This document shows, in pieces, positions 24,161-38,334 of a stretch of DNA of 62,692 nucleotides. This DNA is from Macrostomum lignano. Taxonomy: Eukaryota. Position 1 is the first letter of the stretch; every line of letters starts with the position of its first letter. The stretch lies in contig NIVC01001436.1 in NCBI GenBank assembly GCA_002269645.1, forward strand, positions 1-62,692, written 5' to 3'. Both the position numbers and the translations under genes were made by a program. The notes under the pieces are model-generated. The model had not been told where the DNA came from. It made no database searches and saw only the letters and a program-made list of their open reading frames with translations.

Positions 24161-24859
24161 GCCCTCATTTTCTTGCATAACCCTTTGTATAAGCATTCCT
24201 ACCCGAAACGTCCTTACTCTGGGACGGCAGCAATTATAGTCCGATATGATTTACCTCGATCAGCCGGCCAACTTGCAAGCTTGCTCACCAGTCTACTAGA
24301 ATCGCTTCGATACACAGCCATCTGTCTTTTTGAGTAGTATATCTTACCAGTATAATAGCTGAGTGCTCTCGGGACTACAGCTTTTTTATCATCCCTCACT
24401 TCTTTGGGGAAAGTTATTTATCCTGGGGGAAGTACAATCTACGAGTAGTTCCCAAATTCGAGTGCACGGCTAGTGCAATAAGAAGCAAATAATCCGAAGC
24501 CGTATATAGTTGATTTTGCCAATCTAATAAGCTGAAGAAATGCAAATTGCACGCAAACTATTTTTGCTGCCTCACTGCAGAAAGGTCGCAGTTGCAGCAG
24601 TGCATCGCATACTCCAATGAAGGCTAATGTATGAGAGTAACGATTTTGTTAAAATTTTGCCAAAAATTGACTTCATACATATAAGCATCGACTAAGATTT
24701 TTCAGTTCTATTGCACTTTACCATGAAAAAAAGAATTAAAAAAATATTTGCAGGAAGGGCTGCAGGCACCATGGCCCAAAGCCTTCGGCGACATCGTCCC
24801 ATGACCAGCGCTGAGGCAACTGCCCATTCCGCTGGCTCCTGAGCACACAAGCGCGCCAA

Positions 24860-25070
24860 CACTGTACGCAGGCACGCACTCATGCACACGCTCACACAGG
24901 GTGTACATGCTCAGCGGCCATGACTGTCTAATCATCAGGCATGTACACTCTCTGTGCCTTGGGAGTTGGACCTCATGGGGTGAATTGCACTATACAACTC
25001 ACAGATCAAATTTCGGTCACAAGCGTCAAATTAATGTGACCGCGCACGGGAGTCAACCAGTTCTCTTGCA
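24860..25070 (-). mobile_element. Diverged copy of the same SINE family
   Basis: Shares CACACAGGGTGTACA...CTAATC.TCAGGCATGTACACTCT.TGTGCCTTGG..GTTGG.CCTCATGG.GTGAAT.GCAC with copy 1. Confidence 0.6.
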
Positions 25071-27495
25071 CTAATATATCATAACAAACTCGGCGTATGG
25101 ACTTTCGAGTTGTATATGAAGCCAGAAAAACTAAACTGAAACTGAATTCTGAACATGGAATATTTATACGTTTGTAGCAATTGCATTACATATAACTTTT
25201 TTGAGCGAGAAAAATCAGTTTGAAAAAAATTAAATTCGAATTACTTCTAGTGTCTTCCTACACATAAATTAGTCATAAGCTTTGAAACTTTGAAGTTTGA
25301 AAAGTACGAGTATCAGACCAAGGAGTGCAAGCGCCGGAACGGAACGCAAAAGTCAGACACCGGAACCGAGGGATAAAATTACGGATCCGTTGACAACTAA
25401 AATAATGAGGTTCAACTCAAACAGATGTCCGCGAGTTACCTATAAGCAGATTAAATAGAGAAATTTTATATAGAATCGATCCGCGAACATCCTACATGTA
25501 AAAGACTTAGCAAATCCTTCTCACCTTCTGTTAGAACATTTAACTTAAACTAATAATTGGTTTCAAAGGAAGGGCTAGAGTTATCCCCAAAAATTTTCTG
25601 GGCAAGTATACAGTCCGCTCCGCCGACTGGATCTACAACAGCCAATGGGTAGTCGGAGAAGCCGACGCAACATTCCGACGTTCGCCGACGTACCCGACTT
25701 CGACTTTGATGTTAAATGTACGTGTCCGTGCATGGCAAATGAGCCCTTTTTACATTTACACTGACAAAAGACGTCCATTTTGCTTCGACCAAACATCAGT
25801 GTAATCTAAAAGTAACCTTGCGAGTGACGTCTATACATGCGTATAGTGTGTGGCCTGACAGTTAGAGTCTGAGTGCATCGGGTCGGCCAGGACCTGTAAT
25901 TTACTTTACCTTGCATGTAAAATGGTATTTATTTACTGTTTTACACTGAATGATTGAAACTCAAAGCAATGGGGCTATTCTTGTCACGAAATTCTTTCTG
26001 CGCGGAAAGATAAACATAAGAGAATATCATTAATTATTAATGATACCAAATCAATCACAAAAGCGTTACGTAGAAGCATTCTCGAAAAACGATGCGCTTT
26101 CGGCTTATAATTCATGTACAACAAAAAAGGCATTTTAAAATTGTGATGTATATTAAACAAAAAATTCCCTGTGCAACAAAAAGCAAATAATATTTTTGGA
26201 TAAAAATAAAAACTAAGCATTCATTAGAGTTTAGAACAAAACGTTAGCTTTAGAAATACTTAATATTATCTAAGGCTACGAGCGAAAACAAAAACACTGA
26301 ATTTTAAAATGTTTTATTTTCTAAGAAAATCTGTTGATATCGGTATTAAGTAGTCGTACAGACTATAGTATATATCCGGCAGCCTCTACTTAAGGAATAT
26401 TAGCATATTTATTAATGTGTTTACTACACAAAAACGTGTTAAAAAGCTACAAGTTATAAATTATACGTGTGCTATAGGCCACGTTTTCTTACTTTTAATT
26501 TAGTTCATGCTTCCAATTCCATATCATGCATGTCAATTTTTGTGTGTTATAGTTTAGTTGAGTTTTTTAAATCGATCACATATGTGATATATGAACAAAT
26601 CATTTTTTAATTTATAGGACATTGCGCAAATTTATATTACCATAAGATAAAATTTAGATCGCACAATAAAGGACATAAGGATAAATAAAGGACAAAAACG
26701 ATATTTTTCAATACGATAATATTACTTTTGGCTTATGGGTTCTATGCATTTGAAAAAAAGAATTACACTATTGATCTTTTAAAGGAAAACAGCTTGAAGT
26801 TATATTTTTTTAGATAGATGCAGAATACAATAAATATTTTAGTAAAGAAGATTTGTTTTTCTTTTTATTTTCTGAAACAGCTGCTTTAAATATTCTTTTG
26901 AAAGTTGCAATCAAACTCCTTAAAATTTTGTATGAGTTAAGTATGATTTCTGACTTACTTCTGACAGCATGTACAATTGTATTGAAAAATAAAGATATGA
27001 TATGAGTAAACTCTAACTATTAAGACATGTATAAAACGTTTTCCAGATTCTAAAAATATGAATGCAAAACTACAAAATTTGCAAAAGATTTGTAAAAATC
27101 TAATTCAGAATTTACAGTTACCCTAATGAAATATGTAGAAATTTTATAATAGTGGAGAAGAAATATTCAAACAACATTAAATAATTAGGTTGTGTATCAA
27201 CTTTTATCTTTCTAGTCAATTTTGAACCTGAATAATTTGTTTAGATGAAGAAAACTTCGAACTTGAGCAAAAACAAAAGAGTTTTTATGTTTGTGGCTAA
27301 AAAGTTTAATTGCTTATATCTGACCATTAGTTAAATAGATACAATATAAGTCTCAGTAAGAATTAAAGTTTGTAAAAAAATATTTATAAAACCACTGGCT
27401 TTCAGGTAAAAATTGTCATGAACTAAAAGCAACTCCTGCCTGAGGAAGCCGAAGAACAACAGAACAGAAAAAAATACAAAAATACCAACCCAAAA

Positions 27496-27552
27496 ATGTC
27501 GGACGAATTCAGCCGCTACCGCTGCGACATGTCGTCTGACAATGACGATGGG

Positions 27553-27584
<32 letters not shown>

Positions 27585-30500
27585 CAACGGCACAGGCGCA
27601 AATCTTGTCGACATGGCCGACTCGGGCATGGACCTGACCGGCTACCTGGAGACCTACATGGGCCAGCGGGCCGCCCAGAGCACCGGCGGTCACGGCGCCA
27701 GCAGCGGCGGCGTCGTAGAGAACGGCGGCACCGCCAACGTTTACACAGAGCTGCAGCGCCGGGAGCAGGACCTCATGCTGGCCGCCCAGCTGGGCCGCGC
27801 CCTCCTGGCCAGCAACGCCGAATTGCAGCACCGAAACCAGCGAATTGCCGAAGAATTTGGCGACAGAATTCAATGGCTGGAACGGGAGCGGGCGGGCTTG
27901 AGGGCCAAGTTAGACGCGGTTGAGCAGGACTATGACTGCCAAATGCGGGAGCTGCAGTCTGACGTGCTGCGCCTCCGGGAGGAGCTGCGGCGACAGCAGC
28001 TGGGCCGGGTGGAGCTGGAGCGGGAGAGGGCGGCTCAAGTGAGTTCGTTATTTATATATTTATAAATTCCAAATTGGTCTTTTTAAGTCTAATTTGTTGA
28101 GCGGCCAGCCAATATTACTAGATACGAGAACTAGATATGGGAAATATTCATTCCCATAACCATATCTGTATCCGTAACAAAATCCGAAACATTTTCGCAA
28201 ACTTGCTATCTGGGGGTGCTTGCTATCTGGGGGTGCTTGCTATCTGGGGATGCTTGCTATCTGGGGGTGCTTGCTATCTGGGGGTGCTTGCTATCTGGGG
28301 GTGCTTGCTATCTGGGGATGCTTGCTATCTGGGGATGCTTGCTATCTGGGGGTGCTTGCTATCTGGGGGTGCTTGCTATCTGGAGATGCTTGCTATATGG
28401 GGGTGCTTGCTATCCAGGGATGCTTGCTATTTAGGGGCAATGACTGCTATGTTTTTGAAGGCTTTAATTTGTTGTGTTACTTTTAGAAAAAAGACATTCA
28501 TAGAAAACATCTTTGTCCATGACAATTTCACTCGGATAAGATAATTTATAAAAACTTAAAAAGTAATAGGTTCTTAAGAAAATCTGCTTTTTTAATGGAT
28601 TTGCATGAATAATATGTATCGATGTACCGATATGTATCGAAAATCAAGTTTTAAGGCAGTGAAGCTTGTTAGTTTAGAAAAAACGCCAATCCTCAACCGA
28701 AATCAGGCGGCAGCTCTCGGCCGGGCCAACGAGCGTCTGGCCGAGGAGAGCCGCCAGCGTCGCCAGGCGGAGCAGCGAGCGGCCAGCCAGTCGGCGGAGC
28801 TGCAGGCGGAGCTGCGGGCCCGTCGGGCGGCTATGCAGGAGCACCTGGCCCAGCTGGCCCAACTCAAGGAGCAGCTGCACTCGCTGCACGCGCAGAAGGC
28901 CGAACTGGAGCGTCGGCTCAGTCAGGTGGCAGAGGAGCGGGACGCCCTGCTCTCGGCGGCCGAGGATCAGCAGCTGGCCATCTCCCGGATGCAGCGCCGG
29001 GATCAAGAGCAGGGCGACATCATCGCCGAGCAAGAGGCGCGGATTCACGACCTGCAGGCCACCGCCGCCTGTCTGCACCGTCAGGTTGAAGCTCTGGCGC
29101 CGCAGGTTGGTTTTTGTGAAATTGTTTGTGTTTTTATTCAGCCTACTTGTAAGTCATAATTAGTGCATTAAACTGATTCTCCCAGTTTAGTTTTGACTCT
29201 ACCAGTTTAGTTTTGATTCTCCCAGTTTAGTTTTGATTCTCCCAGTTTAGTTTTGATTCTCCCAGTTTAGTTTTGATTCTCCCAGTTTAGTTTTGATTCT
29301 CCCAGTTTAGTTTTGACTCTCCCAGTTTAGTTTTGATTCTCTCAGTTTAGTTTTGATTCTCCCAGTTTAGTTTTGACTCTCCCAGTTTAGTTTTGATTCT
29401 CCCAGTTTAGTTTTGACTCTACCAGTCTAGTTTTGATTCTCCCAGTTTAGTTTTGATTCTCCCAGTCTAGTTTTGATTCTCCCAGTTTAGTTTTGACTCT
29501 ACCAGTCTAGTTTTGATTCTCCCAGTTTAGTTTTGATTCTCCCAGTCTAGTTTTGATTCTCCCAGTTTAGTTTTGATTCTCTCATTTTAGTTTCGATTCT
29601 GCACCTGTCGGGACTCACTCCCACAGTCAGGTGGTGATCAGTAAGTTCAGTAGTACATGTAGATGCTACTAATACTGAAAATCCGGCATTCAGGCTGCCC
29701 GCTCGGACACGCTGATGGTGCTGGAGGCGCCGCCCGCCGGCGGGGAGTCGCTGTTCAGCGAGCTGGGCGGCGATGCTCAGCAGCTGTTCGGCTGGCGCCA
29801 GGGAGTCGGCGACGGCGACAACTGTGTCGAGGAAGACGAAGAGGTGGAAGAGATCCTTGAGGAGGAGGGCGATGCCGACGACGGTGTCGAAGTTGAGGAG
29901 GGAAGCGCTGGATTCGGCGCGGTCGCCTCGGCGCCAGCGGCACCCAGTCGGCCCAACACCCTGTACGCTGCGCCTGCCGGCCTCGGCGGGGCTGCCGCCG
30001 CGGGCGCCGGAGCCATTGAAGACTACGACGACGACGACGTTGAAATCGACGACGAGGCCTACCTGCGGTCCACTCTGTCGGACCTGAGCTCGCCGCCCTA
30101 CCTGCCGCACGATGACGAATACGAGTACGACTACGAGGGCGACTACGCTGTCGGCGCCGCGGGGGGTATCGGGCCGGTGGAGATGGACGAGATGCGCGGC
30201 GAGGTGCTGGAGGTGTACTACCAGCTGCGCGGCATGTGCGCCGATCTGGGACGGCGGCGCGGCGGCGGCGCCGGCGGCTCTCAGCCGGGCAAAACGCCGG
30301 ACGAGTTGGCCATGGTTGAGATGGACTTCCGGCTCGGCTCGCTGCGGCAGGTGCTGGGCGAGCTGCGTGGCCTCATCGGCGACATTGGCGGCTTGAGGGA
30401 GGGAGCGGCAGAGGTGAGATGAGGCGGAATGGCCCTCTCATTGAGACTGGATGTGTTGCTCATTGAGACTGGATGGGTTGCTCATAGAGACTAGATGTGT

Positions 30501-33500
30501 TGCTCATAGAGACAGGATGTGTTGCTCATTGAGACTATATGTGTTGCTCATAGAGATTAGATGGGTTGCTCATAGAGACAGGATGTGTTGCTCATTGAGA
30601 CTATATGTGTTGCTCATAGAGATTAGATGGGTTGCTCATTGAGATTGGATGAGTTGCTCATAGAGATTCAATATAAATTGCTCATAGAGATCCAATATAA
30701 TTTTCTCATAAAGATTCATTATAAATTGCTCATAGAGATCCAATATAATTTTCTCATAAAGATTCAATATAAATTGCTCATAGAGATCCAATATAATTTT
30801 CTCATAAAGATTCAATATAAATTGCTCATAGAAATCCATTATAAATTTCTCATAGAGATTCATTATAAATTTCTCATAGAGATCCAATATAAACTGCTCA
30901 TAGAGATCCAATATAAACTGCTCATAGAGATCCAATATAAACTGCTCATAGAGATCCAATATAACTTGCTCATAGAGATTCAATACAAGTTGCTCATAGA
31001 GACCGGTGCAATTACAACAATAGATAAGATGAATCACTGTTGCAAGCAAAATTGCAGTATCTCATCTGTTGGGTTCACCCGCTACACCTCTGGGCTGCAG
31101 ACCGCCGCCTCCAGCCGGGTGCAGGCGCAGGTGGTGGAGAGTCTGCAGGAGCAGGTGCGCCAGAAAGATCGCGAGCTGGAGGCCAAATCCACCGAACTGC
31201 AGCGGCTCGGCCAGGAGGTGAGATTTGGGGATTTTATTGGAAGCAGTTCTAGAGTGATGACGAACCTGACCAGCTTCAGTGGGGTCAGCGAAAGCTTTTA
31301 TCTATGCCTGGGATGCTGGCTTGGGCTGTAGCGAAAAGCGTTCCTACAAGCATCCATTGAAGGGTGTCGAGATGCTCAGGTGTGTCCCTAAAATGGTAGG
31401 GTGATGCTCAGGTGTGTCCATAGAATGGTGGGGTGATGCTCAGGTGTGTCCATAGAATGGTGGGGTTGCTCAGGTGTGTCCATAGAATGGTAGGGTGATG
31501 CTTAGGTGTGTCCCTAAAATGGTAGGGTGATGCTCAGATGTGTCCATAGAATGGTGGGGTTGCTCAGGTGTGTCCCTAAAATGGTAGGGTGATGCTCAGG
31601 TGTGTGCATAGAATGGTAGGGTGATGCTCAGGTGTGTCCATAGAATGGTGGGGTGATGCTCAGGTGTGTCCCTAAAATGGTAGGGTGATGCTCAGGTGTG
31701 TCCATAGAATGGTAGGGTGATGCTCAGGTGTGTCCCTAAAATGGTAGGGTGATGCTCAGGTGTGTCCATAGAATGGTAGGGTGATGATCAGGTGTGTCCA
31801 TAGACTGGTAGGGTGATGCTCAGGTGTGTCGATAGAATGGTGGGGTGATGCTCAGGTGTGTCCATAGAATGGTGGGGTGATCCATAGAATGGTGGGGTGA
31901 CGCTCAGATGTGTCCATAGAATGGTGGGGTGATGCTCAGATGTGTCCCTAAAATGGTAGGGTGATGCTCAGGCGTGTCCATAGAATGGTGGGGTGATGCT
32001 CAGATGTGTCCATAGAATGGTGGGGTGATGCTCAGGTGTGTCCATAGAATGGTGGGGTGATGCTCAGATGTGTCCATAGAATGGTGGGGTGATGCTCAGG
32101 TGTGTCCATAGAATGGTAGGGTGATGCTCAGATGTGTCCATAGAATGGTGGGGTGATGCTCAAGTGTGTCCCTAAAATGGTAGGGTGAATCTCAGAGTTG
32201 TCTACTCAAGGCTATAGAGATGCTCAGAGGTGCTCAGAGATATATCTCAGTAAGCTAATTTTAACGATGTTTAGTTACGGCTCTAATATGGTATAATTTA
32301 TGCTCGATTTCAGCTGCAACATGTTCAGGTACGCGCTTTTAATTTGCTAATTTGCTGTTTTATTTCCTTTTATTTATTCAGCATGTCTCGATTTAGCTGC
32401 CAATCATTAATTTTATGCACACTGCTACATTGCTAAATAGCAATTACTGAACATTTGTTGTGAAGCGCTGTCAATTTATAAATCTAGCATGAATTGCGAT
32501 TACAACAATTTCTCTTACTGGCAAACCTGCACTGCCAATGTTTATTGTCTTCTAAGTTTAGCCAGTAAACCAATAGAATCTGCTTGTAGCTCGTAACACA
32601 GACTTTTACCCTCTGCCCTCAATGTACGCCCGATATCCAGGCCAAGCTTTTACGAGTATCACCCTCTGTCCTTAATGTACACCCGATATCCAACCCAAGC
32701 TTTTATCACCCTCTGCCCTCAATGTACGCCCGATATCCAGGCCCACCTTTTATCACCCTCTGCCCTCAATGTACACCCGATATCCGGGCCAAGCTTTTAT
32801 CACCGTCTGCTCTCAATGTACGCCCGATATCCAACCCAAGCTTTTATCACCCTCTGCCCTCAATGTACGCCCGATATCCAGGCCCACCTTTTATCACCCT
32901 CTGCCCTCAATGTACACCCGATATCCGGGCCAAGCTTTTATCACCGTCTGCTCTCAATGTACGCCCGATATCCAACCCAAGCTTTTATCACCCTCTGCCC
33001 TCAATGTACGCCCGATATCCAACCCAAGCTTTTATCACCCTCTGCCCTCAATGTACGCCCGATATCCAACCCAAGCTTTTATCACCCTCTGTCCTTAATG
33101 TACGCCCGATATCCAACCCAAGCTTTTATCACCCTCTGCCCTCAATGTACGCCCGATATCCAACCCAAGCTTTTATCACCCTCTGTCCTTAATGTACGCC
33201 CGATATCCAACCCAAGCTTTTATCACCCTCTGCCCTCAATGTACGCCCGATATCCGGGCCAAGCTTTTATCACCGTCTGCTCTCAATGTACACCCGATAT
33301 CCAGACCAAGCTTTATCACTCTCTGCATTAGAAATTTTTGCTATTGAACTTTTTCCCACAGAGTGTATTAAACTATTACATTCAGAGAGATTTGAAACCT
33401 AAACCAATGCATAATTCTTTAATTACCTGATTTTTTAATTCTGCATAATTTCAGCTAAACATCCAGCAGCAGGAGAGCCTCATACTTCAGGACAGCGCAG

Positions 33501-34498
33501 ACGCTGGAGCGCAGCACGAACTTCAAGAGGCTGCTCAGAGGTGAGTTACTGATCTTACATGCGATATGAAGTCTCATAATCCCCTACACGTGCAGTTTTT
33601 ATTGTAAGAATGAGACTTCGATTTAGCAAAATTTAGCGTGACCGCGAATGGACTCGAAAAGGTTACCGTCAGGTTACCGTCAGGTTACCGTCAGGTTACC
33701 GTCAGGTTACCGTCAGGTTACCGTCAGGTTACCGTCAGGTTACCGTCAGGTTACCGTCAGGTTACCGTCAGGTTACCGTCAGGTTACCGTCAGGTTACCG
33801 TCAGGTTACCGTCAGGTTACCGTCAGGTTACCGTCAGGTTACCGTCAGGTTACCGTCAGGTTACCGTCAGGTTACCGTCAGGTTACCGTCAGGTTACCGT
33901 CAGGTTACCGTCAGGTTACCGTCAGGTTACCGTCAGGTTACCGTCAGGTTACCGTCAGGTTACCGTCAGGTTACCGTCAGGTTACCGTCAGGTTACCGTC
34001 AGGTTACCGTCAGGTTACCGTCAGGTTACCGTCAGGTTACCGTCAGGTTACCGTCAGGTTACCGTCAGGTTACCGTCAGGTTACCGTCAGGTTACCGTCA
34101 GGTTACCGTCAGGTTACCGTCAGGTTACCGTCAGGTTACCGTCAGGTTACCGTCAGGTTACCGTCAACCCATGACGGGCTGACCTTCTGTTTCCTAACCG
34201 CCCAGACTGTTGACCCGTTAAAAGTCCTGACTGTACACCTCGGACCCGCGTCATCCGCAGACGCAGCGGTCTGCAGGAGCAGCTGGCCAGGATGAACGCC
34301 GAGGTCGCCAGGTTGAACGGTGAGCTGAACCGGACGGCCGAGGAGCGCGGCGAGCTGTCCGACCAGATCGGACTCTGGTCGGACGCGGCCGGTCTGTGCT
34401 CTCTGGCCGAGCCTGAGTCCTCCGATCTCAGCCAATCGCTGGCCAGCGCGGCCAGGTCCTCGCCGGCCAATCACAACGGGCCACCGGCTAAGAAATGA
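27496..34498 (+). CDS. bicdr: Bicaudal-D-related (BICDR/BICDL/CCDC64-like) coiled-coil dynein cargo adaptor, ~700 aa
   Basis: Exons 27496-28038, 28707-29105, 29694-30413, 31101-31217, 33455-33540 and 34261-34498, with phases 0,0,0,0,2 consistent. The CC1-box ELQRREQDLMLAAQLGRALLASN is followed by long heptad coiled coil. EVLEVYYQLRGMCADL and the terminal ELSDQIGLWSD resemble, from memory, BICDR1 QLWEAYCQVRYLCSHL and LSQQLEAWQDD. Confidence 0.82.
28200..28430. repeat. 17-bp array (TGCTTGCTATCTGGGGG), BICDR intron 1
   Basis: Seen directly. Confidence 0.93.
29175..29600. repeat. 20-bp array (TTCTCCCAGTTTAGTTTTGA), BICDR intron 2
   Basis: Seen directly. Confidence 0.93.
30435..31000. repeat. 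Graded array built on TTGCTCATAGAGA (GC-rich to AT-rich variants), BICDR intron 3
   Basis: Seen directly. Confidence 0.88.
31370..32190. repeat. 32-bp array (GATGCTCAGGTGTGTCCATAGAATGGTAGGGT), BICDR intron 4
   Basis: Seen directly. Confidence 0.93.
32605..33330. repeat. 47-bp array (AATGTACGCCCGATATCCAACCCAAGCTTTTATCACCCTCTGCCCTC), BICDR intron 4
   Basis: Seen directly. Confidence 0.93.
33658..34166. repeat. Perfect 11-bp array (GTCAGGTTACC), BICDR intron 5
   Basis: Seen directly. Confidence 0.97.
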
Positions 34499-34649
34499 AA
34501 GCAACTGCGTGTGGAAGGGAAATCTTAGACTCTTCTTCCGTACTTTCTGCAACAAGCTGCTTCTAGTAGGACTTCTTTACTAAGAAAAACTTTTTAAGAA
34601 CATTTTTTTAAAAGAAAATCTGTTAATTTTTGCCAATTTATAATACCTC

Positions 34650-35055
34650 TAGATGTGAGATTTCCACAAATCTCTAGACATGAGATTTCCATAACTCTCT
34701 AGACATGAGATTTCCATAACTCTCTAGACATGAGATTTCCATAACTCTCTAGACATGAGATTTCCATAACTCTCTAGACATGAGATTTCCATAACTCTCT
34801 AGACATGAGATTTCCATAACTCTCTAGACATGAGATTTCCATAACTCTCTAGACATGAGATTTCCATAACTCTCTAGATATGAGATTCAACAAATCTCTA
34901 GACATGAGCTTTCCATAACTCTCTAGATATGGGATTTCCATAACTCTCTAGATATGGGATTTCCATAACTCTCTAGACATGAGATTTCCATAACTCTCTA
35001 GACATGAGATTTCCATAAATCTCTAGATGTGAGATTTCTACAAACCTCTAGATTT
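34650..35055. repeat. 25-bp array (CTCTAGACATGAGATTTCCATAACT) downstream of the BICDR stop
   Basis: Seen directly. Confidence 0.93.
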
Positions 35056-36134
35056 AAATAAATTTCTGCAATATTATAATTTTGCATTGAATGTCTATAC
35101 AGCTGCTGATTAAAACAAATTGAAAACATTTTTGTTTGTGCTTTTTTTCCGGAAGCAAACAGATTCTCAGCTCATATTAAAATTGCTTGGTCAGTTAGAC
35201 ACGTATATTGTCACTGGCATTTTTGTTAAAGACATTTGCTTTTTAAAATTCGCGCCGTTTTTTGTTTGTTCGCGTGTTTTTTTTAACTGTCATTCGAATT
35301 CTAGTGAATACGATCGAATTACGAATTAATTGAAGTATTTTATTCTTGCATTGCATTGGCTTTTTGCTTATTATAAATATATTATTAGCTCGTATTATAG
35401 TGTATATTAACCCAGCCACTTTTTATTGCATGTTTTTCTGCTTCATCCGTGTTTAATATCTGTCCTGCACTTTCTAGTCAAAAATCGCAAAGCTATATTC
35501 ATTCAAAGTCAATTTATTATTTTTTTGTTGTAAAACTCTTATTGCTTTACATATAGTAAGTTTAACGAAATTTCGTGTTCACAAATTTTATTCCGCTTTG
35601 ATTCAATTGCGATTCATATAAAAATCTACATCGATGAATAAATACATTTGCTCCTGTTGTAAGCCTAAGTTAGACTTAAATTTTGTGACAAAGAATCTCG
35701 TGTTTACAACCAGAAGCTTCTATCGGCGATCTATCGGCACACAGGCAGCGGCTCCGTGTCACCTGTAGACGATGACTAAAATAATTCAAAATTGCCTTGG
35801 TGCAACAGCATTGCTAATGACCCATTGTTGCCTAACTAGTGCAGTGTTAACTGGTCTCTCTGAGGAAATCCCTCATTTTGACGCGTTGGAAATAGCGGGA
35901 ATCAATTATTAATTGATCCAGGTTTGACAGCTGCGACCAGCAGGGGGGGGGGGTTGCAGGTAGGGAGTGAGCGGTGCAAATTGCTGAAAAATAATTGAAT
36001 TGTGCGGAAACGTGTCAAGAATCACAATACAGGTACAAGGATGCTCTGGTGCTCATGTTAGTGGAACCGCATTTGCCTACCTATGCTGGAGGCAGAGCGT
36101 TTTTCATATCTGTCTCTGCATTCAGCTAAAATAT

Positions 36135-37425
36135 ACTGATGAGATAGAAGCCTGACATCAAAGCTACTGAGGAGATAGAAGCCTGACATCAAAGCTACTG
36201 ATGAGATAGAAGCCTGACATCAGAGCTGCTGAGGAGATAGAAGCCTGACATCAAAGCTACTGAGGAGATAGAAGCCTGACATCAAAGCTACTGATGAGAT
36301 AGAAGCCTGACATCAGAGCTACTGAGGAGATAGAAGCCTGACATCAGAGCTACTGAGGAGATAGAAGCCTGACATCAGAGCTGCTGAGGAGATAGAAGCC
36401 TGACATCAGAGCTGCTGAGGAGATAGAAGCCTGACATCAGAGCTACTGAGGAGATAGAAGCCTGACATCAGAGCTACTGAGGAGATAGAAGCCTGACATC
36501 AGAGCTGCTGAGGAGATAGAAGCCTGACATCAGAGCTACTGAGGAGATAGAAGCCTGACATCAGAGCTACTGAGGAGATAGAAGCCTGACATCAGAGCTA
36601 CTGAGGAGATAGAAGCCTGACATCAGAGCTACTGAGGAGATAGAAGCCTGATATCAAAGCTACTGAGGAGATAGAAGCCTGACATCAAAGCTACTGAGGA
36701 GATAGAAGCCTGATATCAAAGCTACTGAGGAGATAGAAGCCTGACATCAGAGCTGCTGAGGAGATAGAAGCCTGACATCAGAGCTACTGAGGAGATAGAA
36801 GCCTGAGATCAAAACTATTGATGAGATTGAAGCCTGACATCAAAGCTACTGAGGAGATAGAAGCCTGACATCAAAGCTATTGATGAGATTGAAGCCTGAC
36901 ATCAAAGCTACTAATGAGATAGAAGCCTGACATCAAAGCTACTAATGAGATAGAAGCCTGACATCAGAGCTACTAATGAGATAGAAGCCTGACATCAGAG
37001 CTACTGAGGAGATAGAAGCCTGACATCAAAGCTACTAATGAGATAGAAGCCTGACATCAAAGCTACTAATGAGATAGAAACCTGACATCAAAGCTACTGA
37101 TGAGATAAAGGCTAATCGCAAAGCTACTGATGAGATAAAGGCTAATCGCAAAGCTACTGATGAGATAAAGGCTAATCGCAAAGCTACTGATGAGATAAAG
37201 GCTAATCGCAAAGCTACTGATGAGATAAAGGCTAATCGCAAAGCTACTGATGAGATAAAGGCTAATCGCAAAGCTACTGATGAGATAAAGGCTAATCGCA
37301 AAGCTACTGATGAGATAAAGGCTAATCGCAAAGCTACTGATGAGATAAAGGCTAATCGCAAAGCTACTGATGAGATAAAGGCTAATCGCAAAGCTACTGA
37401 TGAGATAAAGGCTAATCGCAAAGCT
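36135..37425. repeat. Compound array: 31-bp unit (GAGATAGAAGCCTGACATCAGAGCTACTGAG) switching at ~37095 to a 30-bp unit (GCTACTGATGAGATAAAGGCTAATCGCAAA)
   Basis: Seen directly. Confidence 0.95.
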
Positions 37426-38334
37426 AATAAAATAGCTTAAAGTGCTAAAGTCATTAAGCTGGTGCTGCAAAACTGCACACTAAAAGAGTTTTGTGCAAAA
37501 CAATGCTGCCAAGCGTGTTAAAATTTTTTCTTCATCAATTTTTTTACAACGGTTCAGGCGCCCAGCGGTCTGCGGGCTCTCCCACTCCCCCCTGGCGCAC
37601 CCCAACCTCATCCCTTCTAGCCCCCAGTTTTGTCCAAGAGGACCCATTCTTGACCATGGATGACGGCTCCGCAATGTGGCAACTGTTTATTGGCCGGCAA
37701 ATTAATAATTCTCAAACTCCCACCCTGTCGTCTCCCTACCCTATCCTTAAAACTGAAGCGGCTTCTATTCTAGAACTCACCGACAATGCTTAGCAGCATC
37801 ATTGCTGGGGAGGCTGAGATGAGGGAGGCTGGCCCAGCTGCCATAGAGCTGCCCTACTCATCGTCACAGGTTTTTTATAACAGCTCTCATTCAGCACTGG
37901 CACTGACTGACAAGAATGCCTTGAGAGAGGTGGAGGCAGCCAAGCGCTAAACTTATTGGATATATTGTGATACTGATTGTGTTGATGCAGGCCTGCCTCT
38001 TTGTTCCCTAGACAGCTGAGCTTATTCAGTTTAGTAAAATCATTTCCCCTGTCGTTTTTCAACAGCGAAAGCGCATTTTTCAAATCATTTTTTGTTATAC
38101 GCTCGTACCGCTGACACGGTTCGTTTGATTTCTCCGACGGCTTTACTAGTCCGGGTTTTAGACAGCGGGCTGGATAAAATAGACACAGATAATCCGCGTT
38201 GCGCGTGTGACTTCACATCAGCCAGGCGGATCAGAGGTTCTTTCGGATCAGACTTTCTTAGAAACGATCCGGAGGCCGGTAAGGATCGTGTATTTGTGTG
38301 CCATCGAGAAATCCGATTTTTCTGGACCGAACTT

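Noticed and set aside
36135-37425. Regular ~30-bp repeats superficially like a CRISPR array (also 1372-2430 and 59770-60780)
   Set aside because: The units are head-to-tail with no unique spacers, there are no cas genes, and the context is eukaryotic.
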